Below, piece by piece: positions 57,437 through 64,000 of a stretch of DNA of 64,000 nt. The stretch is taken from NCBI GenBank assembly GCA_044228505.1, contig JBGAUT010000001.1:172113-236112 (forward strand), in the 5' to 3' direction. Made by a program: the position numbers and the translations under genes. The notes under the pieces were generated by a model, which had not been told where the DNA came from, made no database searches, and worked only from the letters and a program-made list of their open reading frames with translations. Source of the DNA: Polyangia bacterium (GTDB lineage: Bacteria > Myxococcota_A > Polyangia > Palsa-1104 > JAEUJZ01). How positions within the stretch are numbered: position 1 is the first letter of the stretch; the number at the start of each line of letters is the position of its first letter.

Positions 57437-58918
57437 ATGCACTTGCTGCGGCTTGCCATACTGCCTCTGGTTGTGATGCTGCTTTGGACGCTCGGCTGTA
57501 GCGCCCCGGCGATGCTTGTCGATTGTGTGCAGAGTCCCGAAATCTGTGGACCCGGTGGTGACTGCGATCCCGAAACCAGGCAATGCCGTCGCAAGGCTGG
57601 TTCGCCATGCCTGACCTCGGAGCAGTGTACTGTCAGCGAGCGTCCCGTTTGTAACGGTGCAGTCTGCGTAGCCTGCGATGTCCTGGCCTCACCCGAGGCG
57701 GCCGATGAAGCCTGTCACAATAGGAACCAGAAGGATGTAGCTGCTTGTATTCGCAGCGGGGCCCGCAAAGGCAACTGTGGAGAGTGCCGCTTAGATTCGC
57801 ACTGTACTGACGGGGGTAAGCCGATTTGTGACGCAGTCAGTTTTTCTTGTCGGGCCTGCCAACGACACAGCGAGTGTGTCGATTCGCAGGTGTGTAACCT
57901 GGGCGGTGGTGTGGTCGATTTGCCCGAGGTCAAAGTCGGTCAGTGTGTCCCCGCAAGCAAGGTCGTCTTCGTCGATGCCGATCGCTGTCCACGAGGAGGA
58001 CCGCCTGCGACGGGAAGTAGCGAGCGACCATTTTGCGAGATTAGCAACGCCATTGGCAAAGCAGATTTCATCGTGGTCCGACCCCGCACCAGCGGTCTGT
58101 ACAGCGGCCTCTCTGTCAGCGATGGTCGGCGAACCACCATCGTCGGGTCGGGCCGCGACGTCAGCAGCCCGGTGCAGATCGCGGCGCTGAGCGTGAGTGG
58201 CAGTCAGACGACGCTTGTCCTTAGCGATATCTTGGTCCGAGGCGATTCCGTCGGCGTCATGTGTGGCAAAGAGGGTAGCTTGTGGGTCTTGCGCAGTGTC
58301 GTACAGAACGGCGGTGTGGGCATCGATTCGCTCGGCTGCAACCGCCTGGTCGTCGAGCAATCGATCCTTCTTGGCAACCGCAGCTTGGGGCTTCGTGTGG
58401 GTGCCTTGACTCGTCAGTACCGAGTCGTTAACAACGTGATAAACGGCAATGGTCAGAGTCCCGGCGGCTATGGCGTTTCCATCGCTGCGACGGTCAGTGG
58501 CCTTTTTTCGTACAACACCATCTTGAACAATGGTGAAAAGGGCGTTGACGGCGGAGCTATTCGTTGCGAGACGGGCGGCACCTCGACCCGGACCGTGGCC
58601 AACTCGATCGTGATTCAAAACGCGATGAGCGCCCGCGTTGACGCCAGCGGGCAGCCGCTCGGGTCCCAGTTTGCAGGGGACTGTCGACTTATCCGTATCG
58701 TGGTTGGGATCGATGGAACCGTCGTCACTCCACCGAGCGAAGGGCTCATTCGCGCCATTCCCGACCTCGATCAGAGCTTGCGGCTCATCAACACCCCGAA
58801 CAATCGCATGTACGTTGTCGACAAAGGCATTGTCGATGACAGCGTTCGCAGTGACCATTTTGGTGGTGTCAGGCCCAAAGGGGATGGCTACGACCTGGGG
58901 GCGCACGAGCTGCGCTAG
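57437..58918 (+). CDS. Cys-rich lipoprotein with right-handed beta-helix repeats
   Basis: Lipobox TLGC; Cys-rich repeats; NN.I.GN / NTI..N; C-terminal RP.GDGYDLGAHE. Confidence 0.8.
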   Translation: MHLLRLAILPLVVMLLWTLGCSAPAMLVDCVQSPEICGPGGDCDPETRQCRRKAGSPCLTSEQCTVSERPVCNGAVCVACDVLASPEAADEACHNRNQKDVAACIRSGARKGNCGECRLDSHCTDGGKPICDAVSFSCRACQRHSECVDSQVCNLGGGVVDLPEVKVGQCVPASKVVFVDADRCPRGGPPATGSSERPFCEISNAIGKADFIVVRPRTSGLYSGLSVSDGRRTTIVGSGRDVSSPVQIAALSVSGSQTTLVLSDILVRGDSVGVMCGKEGSLWVLRSVVQNGGVGIDSLGCNRLVVEQSILLGNRSLGLRVGALTRQYRVVNNVINGNGQSPGGYGVSIAATVSGLFSYNTILNNGEKGVDGGAIRCETGGTSTRTVANSIVIQNAMSARVDASGQPLGSQFAGDCRLIRIVVGIDGTVVTPPSEGLIRAIPDLDQSLRLINTPNNRMYVVDKGIVDDSVRSDHFGGVRPKGDGYDLGAHELR

Positions 58919-58985
58919 TAGTGAGACTTCTGCTGCGCCCAACTGTTATCGAAGTCCCTGGAAATCAAGGACTTCGGGAATTTTT

Positions 58986-59012
58986 TTAGCACTCGTCGTG
59001 CTTGAGTGCTTG
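58986..59012. promoter_or_regulatory. CIRCE element (HrcA operator) overlapping a TTGACA -35
   Basis: TTAGCACTC-N9-GAGTGCTTG versus consensus TTAGCACTC-N9-GAGTGCTAA; TTGACA at 59010-59015; upstream of groES/groEL. Confidence 0.9.
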
Positions 59013-59065
59013 ACATTCCGTAGCCCGTACTTAGCGTAACCAGCGCCGTTTGGAAGGGTACCACC

Positions 59066-59380
59066 ATGCCAACTTACGACTACGAGTGTCAGAGCTGCGG
59101 CCACACGTTCGAAACCTCGCAGCGTATTACTGAAAAAGCGCTCACCGACTGTCCATCGTGTAACCAGCCCAAACTGCAGCGACTCATTACTGCAGCGGCC
59201 TTCCATTTGAAGGGCGGCGGCTGGTACAAGGACGGCTACGGAAGCTCGGGCTCCGCTGGTCGCACCGAAAACCAGCGAATCGACAAGCTCACTGAAAAAA
59301 TCAACGAGAGTGACAAGAAGTCGAGCGAGACGTCCTCTTCGGGCGGCTCGACTTCAGGCTCGGGCGACTCCTCGACCTAG
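59066..59380 (+). CDS. FmdB-family zinc-ribbon protein
   Basis: [13 protein letters not shown]...CP.C...L.RLI....F.LKG.GWY. Confidence 0.92.
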   Translation: MPTYDYECQSCGHTFETSQRITEKALTDCPSCNQPKLQRLITAAAFHLKGGGWYKDGYGSSGSAGRTENQRIDKLTEKINESDKKSSETSSSGGSTSGSGDSST

Positions 59381-59450
59381 GACTCCGCTCTCGAATCGTT
59401 TTTCCCAACCACAACCCAAGTTACGACCACAACGAAGAAGGAGGATTCTG

Positions 59451-59741
59451 ATGAAGATTCGTCCCCTGCACGACCGAGTGCTGCTAAAGCGTAAGAACGA
59501 AGAAGAGCGGACTGCCGGCGGTCTCTATATCCCCGACAGTGCTAAGGAAAAGGCGACCCAGGCGATCGTGGTCGCGGTGGGCAAAGGCCGCGTTTTGGAC
59601 GACGGCTCGGTTGCTGCGCCGAAGGTGAAGGCTGGCGATACCGTACTGTTTGGTAAGTACGCCGGAACCGAGATCAAGCTCGACGGTGAGGAACACCTCA
59701 TCATGCGCGAGGAAGATCTCATCGCCGTGATCGACGGTTAG
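59451..59741 (+). CDS. groES: Co-chaperonin GroES
   Basis: [33 protein letters not shown]. Confidence 0.97.
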   Translation: MKIRPLHDRVLLKRKNEEERTAGGLYIPDSAKEKATQAIVVAVGKGRVLDDGSVAAPKVKAGDTVLFGKYAGTEIKLDGEEHLIMREEDLIAVIDG

Positions 59742-59777
59742 TTGTCAGTTTCCCCTCACGGTAAGGAACACTGAACC

Positions 59778-61472
<1,695 letters not shown>

Positions 61473-61579
61473 CCGAATCCGGTCACTGCTTACCCTCGCT
61501 GGTGTCGGTTTCCCACGCCAGCGTCTGCTCCGTTCTCTCCCCTGTTTCCCTAATCTCTCGCAGCTTGGCTCGGTACGAG

Positions 61580-61918
61580 TCAAGGCTGTGTCTTTTCAGC
61601 CAGCTCTCGACAGCCTTTTACCGTCCATTTGGAGCCTTGTAGGGTGGATGTGCATTCGGCATCCAGGCCGGGTTCACCACGCCAGGAACCGCGATAGTGC
61701 GTACAGGCGCGCATCGAGATATCAAGTCCGGCTGGATCGCGAGCACTTGCTTGGAGGCACTGCCGACAGCAATCGAGATGCTTCTGTGGGCCCGAGATTG
61801 ACGTGACAGGGGATGCTGCCGGTGCGCTGGCAGCAGTCTGTGCAGCGGGGTGCTGGCACGCGAATAGGGCTGTGATTGTGAGGCACGTGAGGAGGAGGCG
61901 GTTTGGCGTCGTTCGCAT
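61580..61918 (-). CDS. Small Cys-rich lipoprotein
   Basis: Lipobox LFAC; six further Cys; 9 bp downstream of moeA. Confidence 0.65.
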   Translation of the reverse strand: MRTTPNRLLLTCLTITALFACQHPAAQTAASAPAASPVTSISGPQKHLDCCRQCLQASARDPAGLDISMRACTHYRGSWRGEPGLDAECTSTLQGSKWTVKGCRELAEKTQP

Positions 61919-61927
61919 GGCGTGTCC

Positions 61928-63169
61928 TCAGATGGCGGCCAGAAGGCTGGCGGGAAGCTCGCTGCCAATCGGGAGGGTTGCCTCACCGGGAGGTACCTCG
62001 ATGAGGGCGTTCATTCCGACCAGAGAGCGCAACATGCCTGAGCCTTGCTGGGTGAGTGGTCGTGCCCATAGCTCGAACGGACTCGTTTCTGAACGAGTGA
62101 CCAGCGCTCTGGTGAAGTGGGTTCGCTCTCGGTCGGGACGAATGGGCTCGGACAGACGAACCAGTGCGATGGGATGTGCAGCTTCTGCCATCGGAAGGCC
62201 AAGGAGCCGACGTAGCGCCGGATAGACAAAGAGCTCGAAGCTCACCAGCGATGATGCTGGATTTCCGGGGAGCCCAAAAATGAGCGTCTGGCGACCGCGA
62301 TGTTCGATCGTGGAAAAGACCAGCGGTTTTCCCGGTTTCATGGCGACGCGGAAGAATCGTTCTTTGGCCCCGAGCTGAGCGAAGACCTCCTTCACATAGT
62401 CAAAGTCACCAACGGAGACCCCACCGGAAGAAATCACGACATCGGCGGCGAACGCTTCGTCAAAGCAGCGCCGCAGGTCATCTTTGTTGTCGCGGGCAAT
62501 GGGCAAAATCCGTCCCATTCCACCGCTACGCTCGACGAGAGCCAACAGGCAATGGGCGTTGCTGTTGACGATCTGTCCACTCTGTGGCTGTTCGTCAGCG
62601 GTGACCAGCTCGTCTCCAGTCGAGACGATTGCCACCTGCGGTCGGCGATGCACTCCAACCAGCAGCCGTCCCAATGCTGCCAGCAGTCCCAGCTCTCCTG
62701 GGCCAAGGTGCGAACCGGCGGGGAGTACGGTTTTTCCGACTCGAACATCCTCTCCCGCATGTCGGATGTGTTGACCAAGGCGTGGCTGTTTGACAAACCG
62801 GACATGGCCGTCTTGTTCTGTAGCCTCCTCACGCATGATCACGGCATCTGCCCCGTCCGGTATTGGGGCACCCGTCATAATGCGGAGCGCCGTCCTCTGT
62901 GGCAGCGGTTGTCCTGCGGGATGACCGGCCGCGATGGTTCCACCGACAGAGAGTGGCTCACCTTCGTTGCAATCGGCCACACGGACTGCGTAGCCGTCCA
63001 TCGCCGAATTATCCCACGGTGGCAGCATTCGCGTTGCGGTGATATCGGACACCAGCACTCGGTCGAGCGACTTGGACAGCTCGACCACTTCGCTGCCAAG
63101 CGGAGTGGTCAGGTTGAGGATCAGTTCTCGCGCCTGTTGCCAGGAGAGCATCGAACGCTCCGCAGTCAT
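61928..63169 (-). CDS. moeA: Molybdopterin molybdotransferase MoeA
   Basis: PP.DNSAMDGYA, IMTGAP.P.GAD, STGDEL, SGGVSVGDFD, KPGKP, GLPGNP. Confidence 0.96.
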   Translation of the reverse strand: MTAERSMLSWQQARELILNLTTPLGSEVVELSKSLDRVLVSDITATRMLPPWDNSAMDGYAVRVADCNEGEPLSVGGTIAAGHPAGQPLPQRTALRIMTGAPIPDGADAVIMREEATEQDGHVRFVKQPRLGQHIRHAGEDVRVGKTVLPAGSHLGPGELGLLAALGRLLVGVHRRPQVAIVSTGDELVTADEQPQSGQIVNSNAHCLLALVERSGGMGRILPIARDNKDDLRRCFDEAFAADVVISSGGVSVGDFDYVKEVFAQLGAKERFFRVAMKPGKPLVFSTIEHRGRQTLIFGLPGNPASSLVSFELFVYPALRRLLGLPMAEAAHPIALVRLSEPIRPDRERTHFTRALVTRSETSPFELWARPLTQQGSGMLRSLVGMNALIEVPPGEATLPIGSELPASLLAAI

Positions 63170-63183
63170 CGTTACGTTTGCCT

Positions 63184-64000
63184 CTAGTAAAGCGTCGTAT
63201 AGAAAAACGCGATGCACATCTCGTCTTCGGTGCCTTCACCGAAGCGGACCGTGCGGTCGGAGGGATTGTCCCAGGTGCACGTGTATTTCACATCGGTGCC
63301 TTTGGGAATCGTCAGGCCATCGTCTTTGAAGAAATACATCTGCTGCCAGTGAAATTGCCACTGCGGGATTTCGATGAGGCAATTGTTCCCAGCCACCACC
63401 TTGCCCGTGCGTCCCATCTCATGCATGTGCGGAAACACGCCCCAGACCTTGAGCGATAGCGGTAGCGGCCCCGAGCTTGCCACGGCGGTGGCACCTTGTT
63501 CTTTGGGCTTGATGACGAAGCTGGTATTGGCAACCGGCAGGATCGAGGCGCGGTTCGGGACCGGGCGTTCGGAATACCGCAGCTTGAGCTTGCTCAGATC
63601 CGGTGCGACGCCATGCCGGGTGTTGTAGTGGAGCTGGGCAACCAGGGCGCGGCCCGCTCCGAGGTGGATGCCCGTGCCTGCTGGGAACTCGGTATACGTT
63701 TCGCCAGGAACCCAAGTCGCGACCAGTTCAGCGGACTTGACGTCGGAGCTACCACTGCACGGCCAACCGAGCCCCGGTGTCGCATCGTCCTTTGCTTGCG
63801 CATCGCTCAACGGGGCCGAAAAGATGAGCGCGTGATGGACCTCGTGACGCTGATCGGGAGCAAACTCATAGGCGATCAGGTCTTGGTCCTTCTGAAGCTT
63901 TGGGTCGATGAGGAAGCAGTGATAGTCGTCGTTCTTGGCTCTGTTTGGCGTATAGGCAGTGCCCCAGTCGAGTGTCGCGGAAGGATTTTCAAGAGAGACG
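63184..64000 (-). CDS. Copper type II ascorbate-dependent monooxygenase (PHM/DBH-like); 5' end outside window
   Basis: Frame is open to the window edge: DDYHCF, VHHAL, QLHYN, PHMH, DEMC. Confidence 0.88.
   Translation of the reverse strand, partial: VSLENPSATLDWGTAYTPNRAKNDDYHCFLIDPKLQKDQDLIAYEFAPDQRHEVHHALIFSAPLSDAQAKDDATPGLGWPCSGSSDVKSAELVATWVPGETYTEFPAGTGIHLGAGRALVAQLHYNTRHGVAPDLSKLKLRYSERPVPNRASILPVANTSFVIKPKEQGATAVASSGPLPLSLKVWGVFPHMHEMGRTGKVVAGNNCLIEIPQWQFHWQQMYFFKDDGLTIPKGTDVKYTCTWDNPSDRTVRFGEGTEDEMCIAFFYTTLY

Noticed and set aside
57791-58942. 383-aa minus-strand ORF
   Set aside because: Antisense to the beta-helix lipoprotein; no motifs

Overview
GC-rich (~60%) bacterial chromosome segment. 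The gene content points to Myxococcota (inference): several Hanks-type Ser/Thr kinases, a TraB-like OmpA/TSP3 protein, and Cys-rich and FG-GAP lipoproteins. Housekeeping blocks include a complete isc operon (iscS-iscU-iscA-hscB-hscA-fdx), groES-groEL with a CIRCE element, moeA, mgtE, plsC, hutF, sspB, an exbB/exbD pair and tolC. I saw no rRNA, tRNA, CRISPR array or transposase. The strongest candidates for undescribed biology are: (1) a translationally coupled pair of a calcineurin-like metallophosphoesterase with a long insert and a trypsin-nSTAND1-TM-WD40 protein, which may be a protease-activated defence module; (2) divergent from it, an orphan T4-gp19-type tail-tube domain fused to a ~430-aa Ala/Gly/Val/Lys beta-repeat; (3) an isc operon headed by a 4-Cys MerR-family regulator rather than IscR, with an 18-bp perfect inverted repeat covering its RBS and start codon; (4) a lipase/glycine-zipper protein followed by a YbjN-like gene; (5) a shared GCAAG-N3-CTTGC palindrome upstream of a TonB-dependent receptor and a MerC-like gene. 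All calls come from reading motifs by eye; no database searches were run.
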